Of a stretch of DNA of 64,000 bases, positions 10,154 to 18,845 are shown piece by piece. Each line of letters begins with the position of its first letter. The first letter of the stretch is position 1. Under the pieces are notes generated by a model. It saw nothing but the letters and a program-made list of their open reading frames with translations, ran no database searches and had not been told where the DNA came from. Source of the DNA: a virus; the IMG/VR virus record IMGVR_UViG_3300022752_000024, positions 1 to 64,000 of that record. One strand, given 5' to 3'. The position numbers were made by a program, and so were the translations under genes.

Positions 10154-10699
10154 TTATGCTCCATTCGTTGTTTCTATGTTAAATGTTTCTTCCACAATGT
10201 CATTAGTAATAATGTCTCCATTAGAAACACTATATTTTCTTTCGACAAATTCACGGAAGGTCTTTTGTTTCAAAATAGATGTCCAAAAGTCTTTAGTATC
10301 AGTTTCTTTCAGTCTATATTTTTTATCTTCATACACACCATCTTCATCTCTCTTAGAATACCAACCATTACTAGGTTTAATTACATGACCACTTTCGAGT
10401 GCAATATCCAGTAAACCAGACCACTTACTAATGCCACCATCAAAGGATACACTAACAGGAATTTTTGATTTCTCTTTAACATATCGACTCTTTTCAACAT
10501 TAATAATAAAATTATATCCAACAACTTCAGTTCCTTCTTTTTCTTGTTGACGTCCAAGAATGAATATATTATCTGCTGAGTAATAACTGCCCGTGTTATG
10601 TGTAACTATACCGTTTTCTAGAACATAATGTTCAGCATCTTTAACTGAAATATCATATACCTTCTTTTTACCAACAGGCGTTACTGATTTAATTTTCAT
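10154..10699 (-). CDS. uvsX: UvsX C-terminal half preceded by split-intein C-fragment (35 aa)
   Basis: ATG at 10699 with AAGGA SD; MKIKSVTPVGKKKVYDISVKDAEHYVLENGIVTHN|TGSYYSADNIFILGRQQ..VEKSRYVKEK. Confidence 0.93.
   Translation of the reverse strand: MKIKSVTPVGKKKVYDISVKDAEHYVLENGIVTHNTGSYYSADNIFILGRQQEKEGTEVVGYNFIINVEKSRYVKEKSKIPVSVSFDGGISKWSGLLDIALESGHVIKPSNGWYSKRDEDGVYEDKKYRLKETDTKDFWTSILKQKTFREFVERKYSVSNGDIITNDIVEETFNIETTNGA
10595..10699 (-). mobile_element. split intein, Int-C fragment
   Basis: Block F VYDISV, terminal His-Asn, Thr at +1. Confidence 0.92.
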
Positions 10700-10700
10700 T

Positions 10701-10859
10701 TTATGGTTTCCTTTTACATTTATCATTATGCCATCTTTTTAGATTGGAGGCAGTTGTTACAATATCACAATAAGAACATTTATATTTCTGTTCAGGTTTT
10801 ATCTTTCTTGGATTCACCCAATCATCACATTTAAATCTTAGTATTCTGCTGAGTTCATA
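10701..10859 (-). pseudogene. start-less C-terminal remnant of a homing endonuclease gene
   Basis: Frame reads ..RFKCDDWVNPRKIKPEQKYKCSYCDIVTTASNLKRWHNDKCKRKP*, a CxxC..KRWHxDxC Zn-finger tail typical of phage free-standing endonucleases; in-frame TAA a few codons upstream and no start codon. Confidence 0.7.
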
Positions 10860-11116
10860 CCGGCAACTAAATCCTTAGCCTCTACCCATTCATTATCAAT
10901 TAAAAATTTATGTTTATCTGAACAAATAACCTTATATCCGTCTTCAAATTCAACTTCAAAACACTCAGGCTCACCATCGTCTAGTGTTTCTGGATTCCAT
11001 GTATATGTCACTTCTTTGTTACCGTCAAGTGTTTTAACTAAATCGCCAACTACGAAATCCTCAACAGATTTAAATGTCCCATCTGATAATTGTATTTTTG
11101 TACCAGCAACTAAACA
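10838..11116 (-). mobile_element. split intein, Int-N fragment (92 aa)
   Basis: Cys1 block A CLVAGTKIQLSDG, block B VICSDKHKFL, WVEAKDL, then stop. Confidence 0.92.
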
Positions 11117-11746
11117 TCCACCACCAACGATATCTTTAGGAAACATTCCAATTTCTTTGTATGTATGATTAACAACGATCATAGGAATATCCTTCATAGT
11201 CAAATGAGGAGTCACCATTCTAAACAATGATTTGATTTGTTTTGCTCTAGACATGTCTGCAACAGATTTCCCTTCGAGTGCATCATCAACTTCTTTCTTT
11301 GATGCTAAGTTGCCTATCGAATCAATAATGATAATTAGCTTATCATCGCGGTCCAAAGAAGTTAATTGTTGCATGACATCAAATTTCAATTGTTCGATAT
11401 CAGTAAGAGGGGTATGGAGCACACGATCGGTATCAATACCGAATGAATTGAAATAAGATTGAGGAGTCCCAAACTCAGAATCGTAAAATAGTAAAGCAGC
11501 GTCATTGTATTTGTCCAAATAAGATTTTGCCATCAAAAGTGAAAATGCAGTCTTAAAATGCTTTGATGGACCTGCCCACATAGTAAGACCAGGTGTTAAT
11601 CCACCATCAAGTTTACCAGAGAGAGCAATGTTGATGGCGGGAATAGATGTTGGGATCATGTCTTTGCTCGTAAAGAACTTAGACTTCGAAAGAATAGCTG
11701 ATTCTTTGATACTACTATTCTTTTTAATTTTATCGAGAATACTCAT
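10838..11746 (-). CDS. uvsX: UvsX (RecA-like) N-terminal half fused to split-intein N-fragment
   Basis: WAGPSKHFKT Walker A, YDSEFG, IDSIGNLASKKE; ..KDIVGGG|CLVAGTKI.. Confidence 0.95.
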   Translation of the reverse strand: MSILDKIKKNSSIKESAILSKSKFFTSKDMIPTSIPAINIALSGKLDGGLTPGLTMWAGPSKHFKTAFSLLMAKSYLDKYNDAALLFYDSEFGTPQSYFNSFGIDTDRVLHTPLTDIEQLKFDVMQQLTSLDRDDKLIIIIDSIGNLASKKEVDDALEGKSVADMSRAKQIKSLFRMVTPHLTMKDIPMIVVNHTYKEIGMFPKDIVGGGCLVAGTKIQLSDGTFKSVEDFVVGDLVKTLDGNKEVTYTWNPETLDDGEPECFEVEFEDGYKVICSDKHKFLIDNEWVEAKDLVAGMNSAEY

Positions 11747-12825
11747 TTGTCTTCCTTTTCTTTGAATGCTAGTGGTGATTCTTCATATTCATATGATTCT
11801 AATTTAGTCTTTCTATTAGGAAATCCTCTCTTACTTGCCTTGTTATTTGAAAGAGGTGGTATCGTCTCTCCCGATACTTCATCTATGACAATGAGATTTT
11901 CTTTGTGAACTTGTAGAACTTCACTAGGGCTTTCCTGAGGTCTAGGTTCTTCTTTCCGGGGAACTTCTTCATTAGTCTCAGTCTCTCGTTCCTCAAGCTT
12001 CTTTTTAGCTTCCTGTACTCTTTGATAGACCGGGTCTTCATCTTTTTCATTCTGTTTCTTTTTAGGTTCTTTTTCTTCTCTATTTGCCATAGAAATGTTA
12101 CTTGCAATCAATAGTAACACAGCCAAAGGATCAAATACAACCATGATTAGCATAATTACCAAACGAACTGCTTTGTCGATAATATCTTTATCACCAGAGC
12201 CATAAATTAATTCGGCAACATATTTAATCGGTCCGAAATCCGATTCAGCCTTGCGGAGGTCATTCGCAAGCGGCGATCTTTCTTCTGTGAGTTTACTAAT
12301 CTCTTTTTGTTGCCTCGTAATTTCTTCAGTAAGTTGTATGCGCTCTTTCTGTTGGGTTTTGCGGATTTGAACCGACCTCTCCGCTCCTTTCGCATCTTCA
12401 GTTCGTACCATGACTTGGTCCACAGCCGCATCAAGCTGTTTGAGTGCCAACTTGTTTGCATCGACATTCTCCTTTAATGTTTTTATCTTCTCATCATAAG
12501 TCAATACTTTGTCTGCAATAGGACCAATGTCAGTAGAATGTTCTAAATGCGCTTTTGACAAATAACCAAAAATGCCCATCGATGTGATGAGCATTAGAAT
12601 TGCTACCGCAGAAGTCAAATACCATTTTAATATTCCTGGTGCTGTTTTCCAGTTACGATACAACCAAGACGTAGTTACTAATTTTGCAGATTCTAATACT
12701 GAACCCATCAAAACAACAGGCCAAAATGAACCTGGAAATATTGATGCTAATCCAATCACGGAATAGTAAGCAGCCACACCAGAGAGTAATATGGCATTTA
12801 AAAATGTAAATAGTGCTGTTGTCAT
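11743..12825 (-). CDS. membrane-anchored coiled-coil protein
   Basis: Three N-terminal hydrophobic helices, a long coiled coil, a further TM segment (VFDPLAVLLL) and a charged tail. Confidence 0.75.
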   Translation of the reverse strand: MTTALFTFLNAILLSGVAAYYSVIGLASIFPGSFWPVVLMGSVLESAKLVTTSWLYRNWKTAPGILKWYLTSAVAILMLITSMGIFGYLSKAHLEHSTDIGPIADKVLTYDEKIKTLKENVDANKLALKQLDAAVDQVMVRTEDAKGAERSVQIRKTQQKERIQLTEEITRQQKEISKLTEERSPLANDLRKAESDFGPIKYVAELIYGSGDKDIIDKAVRLVIMLIMVVFDPLAVLLLIASNISMANREEKEPKKKQNEKDEDPVYQRVQEAKKKLEERETETNEEVPRKEEPRPQESPSEVLQVHKENLIVIDEVSGETIPPLSNNKASKRGFPNRKTKLESYEYEESPLAFKEKEDK

Positions 12826-15371
12826 CTGAAGAAATCCTCAAGTGTACTTCGCTTTTCTACTTCCCACCCCATACAATCTAAAACGACTTTAATAGGTTCA
12901 AGAAAAGCTTTTTCGAATTGCATATTATAATCGATATATTTTTCTAAGTCAAATTCTTTTGGGAGTTTTACTGGAAAAGATATGACAGTCTCTTTAAATG
13001 GATTTGGAGCTTTGAGATATGAAAACTTGATTTTCTCACCTTCATTAATTAATGGATATTTCTTATCAAGATTCATTCGTTTGAGTGCATTATTATATAT
13101 GATTGCACCTTTAACATGAATAGGTGTTCCTTTGGAATATAAAGTAACTGAATTGGAATATTTGTTAATGCCACGAATTCCTCGAGGAAATGATATATCT
13201 TCTGCTGGTAGATTTATAAATTCTGATCGAAAATCACTGATGAATTTTTGTATATCTTCTTCAGTACCATGCATCATTAGTTTAATTGTTTGTTTCATCT
13301 TCTCACGAATCGGTGCTGGTGTAGAAGATTTTACCATCTCAAGACCCATCACTTTCAGATGAGGCTCTGCATATTGAACACCTTCATTATTATATACATT
13401 CATGATGTAACGCTTCTTTGCAGTCCAGATACCTTTATCTGCAAGAGCTTCACGTTTCATTTCCATCTTTTGTTCATATGCATGGACATAATCAGTAAGT
13501 GTCTGATAGCTTTGATCAATATATGGTTGAATTTTATCTTCACATACCTTATCCATAAACGAGATAATTTTATCAGTTCGCTCTCCTGATTGAAAGACTT
13601 TGTTCACCAAGCCACCAAGTTTAAGATAAATTGAATCTGTATCTGACGCAATAACATAATCTTCATTTTCTGTTTTAAGTAATTTGTTCAAATAATCATT
13701 TAGTGCATTTTCAATCCAACGAATCGATAGCTGACCAGACATCGTGACTGCTAGAGCAATACGCAAATCAAAGAAACGAAAGAATTCATTACCCATCGCA
13801 CCATATGCAGAGTTCAAACAAACTTTTTTTGCTAGTTGAAGATTATTATATCGTGCAATACGTTTTTCTATCACAAATCTTTTTGCTGAATCGGTTTCTT
13901 TCTCTAAGTTTTGTTTAGCTTCCAGCGATTTCTTTTTATACACCTTACGATCTTCATACATTACTTTCATGAGTTTAGGAAGAAAACCTTGTTTATTTGT
14001 ATAGAAGAATTGTCCGTTAGGGGTAACTGTAACATTAGTGAGTCTTGAAGTATCTACCTGCTGCATTAATAGAGAATCAACAGAAACTCTCTGTGAAAGA
14101 ACTTCATGCATTTCATCTGTATAGTCATCTGAATTTACCAATGTTTCGGGAGAAAGATTGTATTGCATGATAAGGTGTGGGTATAGACTGTTCAAGTCAA
14201 ATGATGCTACCCAATCATGTTTACCTACTTGCGGTTCTTTCACATAAGCACCTTCAAACGCTTGAGACTTATCTTTTCGTTCTGTAGGTGGAATAATTAT
14301 ATTGTCTTTGCGTAAGAAGTTGTATATGATGATATCCCACATACGAACTTGTGTAAACACATCATCATAATTGGTTTTACTATCATATGCTAGAGTCAGA
14401 GCCAATTCAATCAACTTCAGCTTATCTTCTAATTCTTCAATTAGTTGAACGTCAACAATATTATATTCAATAAATTTTTGAAAATTGAGTTTATATAATT
14501 GATGCAGAGAATTATATTCATCGTAAGATAGTTTTTGTTTGTCTAGTTCTACATTGGCAATACTATCTAACTTATATGATTCTTGTGATGCACCACCAGG
14601 AGCATACTTACGATACAGTTCAATATAATCAAGCATAGACACGCCAAATATTTCATAGACGGTATGATCTTTAGCCATCAATACTGCTCTGCGTTCGGCA
14701 ATATAATTCCAAGGTGAAAGTGATTTTGCGTCATCCTCAGAAAGGATACGTTTAAAACGATTGATTAGATATGGGAAGTCAAAGAACTTGATATTCCAAC
14801 CAGTAACGATATCTGGACAATTATCTTTCCAGTCTTTTAAAAATCGCTTACATAACGTCCATTCATCTTTGCATTTGATGTATGTTACAGAATTATCGGT
14901 GTTTTGAAAATCACCACAACCATATACTGTTGTTCCGCCATTTAATTGACGAACAGCGATTGCAGTAATTGGCTCACTAGCAATTGCTGGATCAGGAAAG
15001 CCATTCTCCGAACCAACTTCAATATCAATAATTACAATCGATAGCTGAGATTGATCCCATTCGACTTCGTTTGGATGTTGGTCTGCAATAAAATTGTATT
15101 CAAATCGAGTATTTCCGTAAATCTTTTTATTTGAAATGTCTTGATTTCGTTTTACATAGTCTTTTGCATCACGAATAGAATCAAATTTAAATTCATGAAG
15201 ATTTTCTCCATTTAGTGTTTTAAATGGAGATTCTTTACGAACTATTTCATATAAAGTTGGTTGATACTCAAAACGATCTTTTATTCGTTTACCATTAACT
15301 ACACCCCGATAGAGAATGTAGTTACCAAAACACTGGACGTTCGTATAGAAGTTCGTATAGAAGTTTGACAT
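12822..15371 (-). CDS. gp43: family B DNA polymerase
   Basis: DIEV exonuclease motif, SFDLNSLYPH, KVCLNSAYG, ASDTDS, KKRY. Confidence 0.98.
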   Translation of the reverse strand: MSNFYTNFYTNVQCFGNYILYRGVVNGKRIKDRFEYQPTLYEIVRKESPFKTLNGENLHEFKFDSIRDAKDYVKRNQDISNKKIYGNTRFEYNFIADQHPNEVEWDQSQLSIVIIDIEVGSENGFPDPAIASEPITAIAVRQLNGGTTVYGCGDFQNTDNSVTYIKCKDEWTLCKRFLKDWKDNCPDIVTGWNIKFFDFPYLINRFKRILSEDDAKSLSPWNYIAERRAVLMAKDHTVYEIFGVSMLDYIELYRKYAPGGASQESYKLDSIANVELDKQKLSYDEYNSLHQLYKLNFQKFIEYNIVDVQLIEELEDKLKLIELALTLAYDSKTNYDDVFTQVRMWDIIIYNFLRKDNIIIPPTERKDKSQAFEGAYVKEPQVGKHDWVASFDLNSLYPHLIMQYNLSPETLVNSDDYTDEMHEVLSQRVSVDSLLMQQVDTSRLTNVTVTPNGQFFYTNKQGFLPKLMKVMYEDRKVYKKKSLEAKQNLEKETDSAKRFVIEKRIARYNNLQLAKKVCLNSAYGAMGNEFFRFFDLRIALAVTMSGQLSIRWIENALNDYLNKLLKTENEDYVIASDTDSIYLKLGGLVNKVFQSGERTDKIISFMDKVCEDKIQPYIDQSYQTLTDYVHAYEQKMEMKREALADKGIWTAKKRYIMNVYNNEGVQYAEPHLKVMGLEMVKSSTPAPIREKMKQTIKLMMHGTEEDIQKFISDFRSEFINLPAEDISFPRGIRGINKYSNSVTLYSKGTPIHVKGAIIYNNALKRMNLDKKYPLINEGEKIKFSYLKAPNPFKETVISFPVKLPKEFDLEKYIDYNMQFEKAFLEPIKVVLDCMGWEVEKRSTLEDFFR

Positions 15372-15682
15372 TAGCCTGTGATAAGTTGTTTAGCAGGAGG
15401 AAGTACAATACCAGAACCAAAAATCTGATTATAGTTGTTTAGATAATCTTGCATAGGTTCGTAAACATAAAGAACGTGCTTTTTAGCTATTGTAATCTCA
15501 GTATCGACTTTTTGCTCAGAGTGAGTTGGAAATGGAGCAAATCCTACATTTGGTTTACCGTCAGGTCCTGGCATAATAGCCAATCGGACAGGATTAGTAA
15601 TAGTATAATGAGTCTCGGTTTCGCTAACTTCCGCCATAATTTCTTCATTGTTAATAAGCTTAATTATTTGAATATTTTCCAT
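15371..15682 (-). CDS. conserved T4-like hypothetical protein upstream of gp43
   Basis: 103 aa, IKLINNEEIMAE..NPV..; AGGAG SD. Confidence 0.75.
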   Translation of the reverse strand: MENIQIIKLINNEEIMAEVSETETHYTITNPVRLAIMPGPDGKPNVGFAPFPTHSEQKVDTEITIAKKHVLYVYEPMQDYLNNYNQIFGSGIVLPPAKQLITG

Positions 15683-15708
15683 GATTTCTCCTAAAAGTGA
15701 GTTTTAAT

Positions 15709-15737
15709 ACTATAACATATTTTCTGATGTAAATCAA
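15709..15737 (-). promoter_or_regulatory. sigma70-type early promoter for the gp43 operon
   Basis: TTGATT-17nt-TATAGT with extended TG. Confidence 0.6.
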
Positions 15738-15851
15738 CAATCTCTGTGGCATAAATACTCTAAATAGCATACTTCGCCAACCATTTTAAATTGACTCTGA
15801 TATTAAAGTGATACATTAATTTCTTCGTTATGGTCACCTTACACGGAGAAA

Positions 15852-16649
15852 ATGGATCCACTAACTCTATTTGCTATGGCAAATGGTGCCGTAAAGCTCG
15901 TAAAAGAAGGCTGTAAACTTTATAAAGATATCAAAGCTGCCTCTGGAGAGATTAAGGGTGTTCTCGAAGATTTAGAGGACCAGTTTCATAACGCCCATAA
16001 GAATAGACCTCCAACTGTAGCTGAACACAATCAATACATTCAAGAAAAGAATCGTATTATTGATCTAAACAAAAGAGACGGAGATACATCTAGTATCTAT
16101 ACAGAAATTGGACAACAATTAGGTGTATATTTTGATAATCTCCATAAATGTAATGCAATATTTAGAGAAGAAGAACGCCGCAGTCGTACCGAAGTATATA
16201 CAGGTGAAGATAGTGTAGGTAAACGTGCTTTACAACGTGTTCTACTCAAGAAACAATTAGACACTATGGGTGCAGAATTACGTGAGATTATGGTCTATCA
16301 AAGTCCTCCAGAGTTAGGTGCATTATGGACTGAAGTAGAAGCAATGATGAAGGTAGTAGGTGAAGAACAGTCTGTGGTAATTGCTGAACAGATGCAGAAA
16401 CAAAGAGAATCAGAAATTATTAGACACAGAAGAATTAATAAAATAAGATGTGAAGCATGGAAGTATGGTATAACTGTAACATTTGTAATTTATATCATCT
16501 GGTTAATCTGGGCGGTGGTTCAAATAAGAATAGAACATTCTCCAGAATTGGGAAGATGTTTACTCCCTAAAGGCGGTTGGTTGTATAATCATTATAATAA
16601 TTTAAAATGGATAGATTGTGAAATACCATTAAAAAAGAGGGAAAAATGA
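15852..16649 (+). CDS. helical protein with a C-terminal transmembrane segment
   Basis: 265 aa, GGAG SD, TM YGITVTFVIYIIWLIWAVV; CATAAATA late-like element at 15750-15757. Confidence 0.8.
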   Translation: MDPLTLFAMANGAVKLVKEGCKLYKDIKAASGEIKGVLEDLEDQFHNAHKNRPPTVAEHNQYIQEKNRIIDLNKRDGDTSSIYTEIGQQLGVYFDNLHKCNAIFREEERRSRTEVYTGEDSVGKRALQRVLLKKQLDTMGAELREIMVYQSPPELGALWTEVEAMMKVVGEEQSVVIAEQMQKQRESEIIRHRRINKIRCEAWKYGITVTFVIYIIWLIWAVVQIRIEHSPELGRCLLPKGGWLYNHYNNLKWIDCEIPLKKREK

Positions 16650-16927
16650 AAAAATTAATTATTATTGCTATGTTATTTGCGAATAGTGCTTTTGCTCTAG
16701 AAGTAAGAAAAGAAAAACCAGTGACATGTTATGATTTTGAAGAAGTTACTCAAAAAATAAAAATCCAATACGGAGAAAGTTTACAGTTTTCCTATTCTAA
16801 TGGATTATATGATCCTCCAACTCAACTCTCAATGTTTTCTAACAAAGAAACAGGATCGTGGACATTAATAGAACATAATGGAGAACTGGGATGTGTTTTA
16901 GCTGTAGGTATTAATTCAAATCTATAG
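16646..16927 (+). CDS. small exported protein
   Basis: Signal peptide MKKLIIIAMLFANSAFA; two Cys; ATGA overlap with the upstream gene. Confidence 0.75.
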   Translation: MKKLIIIAMLFANSAFALEVRKEKPVTCYDFEEVTQKIKIQYGESLQFSYSNGLYDPPTQLSMFSNKETGSWTLIEHNGELGCVLAVGINSNL

Positions 16928-16928
16928 T

Positions 16929-17004
16929 TGGTTGCGGGGGTGGGATTCGAACCGCACGGCCTTTGGATTATGAGTCCAACGCTCAACCTCTGAGCTACCC
17001 CGCA
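16929..17004 (-). tRNA. tRNA-Met(CAT) (Ile2 not excluded)
   Basis: TGCGGGG/CCCCGCA acceptor stem, TTGGA-CTCATAA-TCCAA anticodon arm, GGTTCGAATCC, encoded CCA. Confidence 0.9.
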
Positions 17005-17054
17005 ACTTATTTATATTACTATTTTGGAGCAACGAGTGCACCCGTTGAATATAC

Positions 17055-17618
17055 TCACATTGTAGGTCCGTTACCGTTTTGAAAACCAATAGTACCACCT
17101 TCTGCTGTGATACGCTTGATAACGTCTTCAAACAGTATAGGACGAAAATCTGTTTGCTCTACGCACACACAATGATAACGAACATCGATTACATTATCTT
17201 TCATTACACGGTTACTATGCAAATGCCCATGTATATTAGTTCCAAAACGACCTAGGCTTGCTTCATGTATAGGTATATGACTTAGTATCATTCCGTTCAT
17301 GACATGGTATGCACGTAGTTCACGAAAATAATTACGATACTCATCATCTCTAAAGATATCATGATTACCACGTATTAGCACCTTATCGCCATTAAGCAAT
17401 GAAAGTATCTTTAATGCTTTACGGTTGATAACAACATCGCCTAGGTGATAAACCTTATCGTTTGGTCGAACTGTATCATTCCATCTTCTAACCATTTCTT
17501 CATCCATTTCTTCTGGATTATCCCATGGTCTAAGTTTAGTCACACCATCGTTGCGTAGGAATCTGCATACGCCAGCATGACCAAAATGTGTATCACTTAC
17601 TAGAAAAACTGCTGGCAT
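17055..17618 (-). CDS. calcineurin-like metallophosphoesterase
   Basis: SDTHFGH, HLGDV, RGNHD and HGHLH motifs. Confidence 0.92.
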   Translation of the reverse strand: MPAVFLVSDTHFGHAGVCRFLRNDGVTKLRPWDNPEEMDEEMVRRWNDTVRPNDKVYHLGDVVINRKALKILSLLNGDKVLIRGNHDIFRDDEYRNYFRELRAYHVMNGMILSHIPIHEASLGRFGTNIHGHLHSNRVMKDNVIDVRYHCVCVEQTDFRPILFEDVIKRITAEGGTIGFQNGNGPTM

Positions 17619-17661
17619 AATTACCTCCTTAATTCAATTATTATTTTCACATATATATTAT

Positions 17662-17916
17662 ATGGAATATAAAAACTACGACTACTACGAACGAGCAATG
17701 TATACTCATGCGGGCTGTACAAGCACCACTAAAGGTAAAGAATTTGTTCCTTCATATAATGAAGTACCGACAGAGAACCATGAATTTAAACTCATGGAAT
17801 GGCCTACTTATGGCGAAACTTTTGGTAAGCTAAATGGTTATTGTTCAAAGTCTTCCAAAGTTACTTCTTCGTTTTCACCTTCTTTTACTGCAACAACATC
17901 TTCCAACTTAACATAA
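17662..17916 (+). CDS. possible small hypothetical protein
   Basis: Fills an otherwise empty ~200-nt gap; 3' end overlaps the groES-like gene antisense; no SD. Confidence 0.35.
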   Translation: MEYKNYDYYERAMYTHAGCTSTTKGKEFVPSYNEVPTENHEFKLMEWPTYGETFGKLNGYCSKSSKVTSSFSPSFTATTSSNLT

Positions 17917-18119
17917 TATACTAATTTTTTTAGATGTTTTGTTTTATTCCAATTGACCAATACAAAATCGCCAACATTAACGTCAGTAATATCAGAACCA
18001 ATCGATAGGACTTTAGCAAACTCAGCTTCATCGCTAGACTTTAAAATAATACCGCTTGAGGTTGTTTTTGGATTTTCAATTCGCTTAATGAGTAAACTAC
18101 CTCTCGTTGCACTATACAT
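17838..18119 (-). CDS. GroES-like co-chaperonin
   Basis: KTTSSGIIL mobile loop, AKVLSIG, VNVGDFVL, EDVVAV. Confidence 0.85.
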   Translation of the reverse strand: MYSATRGSLLIKRIENPKTTSSGIILKSSDEAEFAKVLSIGSDITDVNVGDFVLVNWNKTKHLKKLVYYVKLEDVVAVKEGENEEVTLEDFEQ

Positions 18120-18150
18120 AATTTTCCTTTAATGATTAAGTGTTAGATTG

Positions 18151-18528
18151 TTATGCTATCAATCGTTTCTTTTCTGCTTCAGTTACTACTTCTTCAAATA
18201 GTGTTTGATTAGCTAAAACTTTTGCAGCATCTTCTGCTACATCAGGATTGTAATCTTTAAAGTTACCACCATGTCCAATTTTAATATGACATTCTTTATC
18301 CATACAAAGTGTAATCAGATTGTTTAGGTCTAATTCATGCTCAGGAAAAAGATGAAACGGCTTCTTGTGATGTACATTTAAATTTTTAACAGAACCACAT
18401 GCAGCACAAGAAGGTTCCATTTTTAAATGTAGTTTTTGTACATGTGGCCATTTTGGACTTCTTTCCATTCCATGTCCAACATGAGCATCACGATTTTCTG
18501 TTTTTGCTAAATTTACTTTCTTAACCAT
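18151..18528 (-). CDS. small HNH endonuclease
   Basis: CAACG..NVHHKKPF..DLNNLITLC..CHIKIGH; AGGAGG SD before MVKKV. Confidence 0.85.
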   Translation of the reverse strand: MVKKVNLAKTENRDAHVGHGMERSPKWPHVQKLHLKMEPSCAACGSVKNLNVHHKKPFHLFPEHELDLNNLITLCMDKECHIKIGHGGNFKDYNPDVAEDAAKVLANQTLFEEVVTEAEKKRLIA

Positions 18529-18561
18529 AATACCTCCTCTAAAGAAAGTATATATGAGATA

Positions 18562-18653
18562 TGGCGGTAAGAGTTGGATTCGAACCAACGGCACTATTTA
18601 ATTAGTACGACGGTTTAGCAAACCGCTGCCTTAAACCACTCAGCCATCCTACC
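18562..18653 (-). tRNA. tRNA-Ser(GCT)
   Basis: GCGGT-TTGCTAA-ACCGT anticodon arm, long variable arm, GGTTCGAATCC, G discriminator, CCA. Confidence 0.92.
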
Positions 18654-18845
18654 ATTAATTGTGTTATCATGTTATACCTAGGATTCACCGCCTAGGGTTT
18701 GCATTTTGTAGGACTGCACTTATTATTCCTATCGTCATAGGTTTTTCGTCAGTCACACCTTATAGACTTGAAGTATCCGGACATCAAGTCATTTTGAGGA
18801 GCACTATCCAGCGAGAACTGGAATTTTCCATAATAACACAATTAA
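18654..18845 (-). ncRNA. unidentified multi-hairpin structured RNA in the tRNA cluster
   Basis: 18-bp closing helix (18654-18671 with 18829-18846, one G.U) enclosing four hairpins; no credible ORF. Confidence 0.6.

Noticed and set aside
10700-10726. ORF-track start MINVKGNHK for the uvsX C-half
   Set aside because: The ATG at 10699 has the SD and gives a typical Int-C start; the upstream codons overlap the endonuclease remnant
12355-12390. T-arm-like GGTTCAAATCC inside the membrane coiled-coil gene
   Set aside because: No acceptor stem, anticodon arm or CCA; it encodes GAERSVQIRK in an intact ORF
11883-12467. Same-strand alternate-frame ORFs inside 11743-12825
   Set aside because: No SD or recognisable motifs; consistent with chance open frames in a low-complexity coiled-coil region
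18728-18760. CTGACGA hammerhead-like core in the structured RNA
   Set aside because: The required GAAA after stem II and a matching stem I/III arrangement are not evident; no HDV/theta-like fold recognised at the tRNA 3' end either
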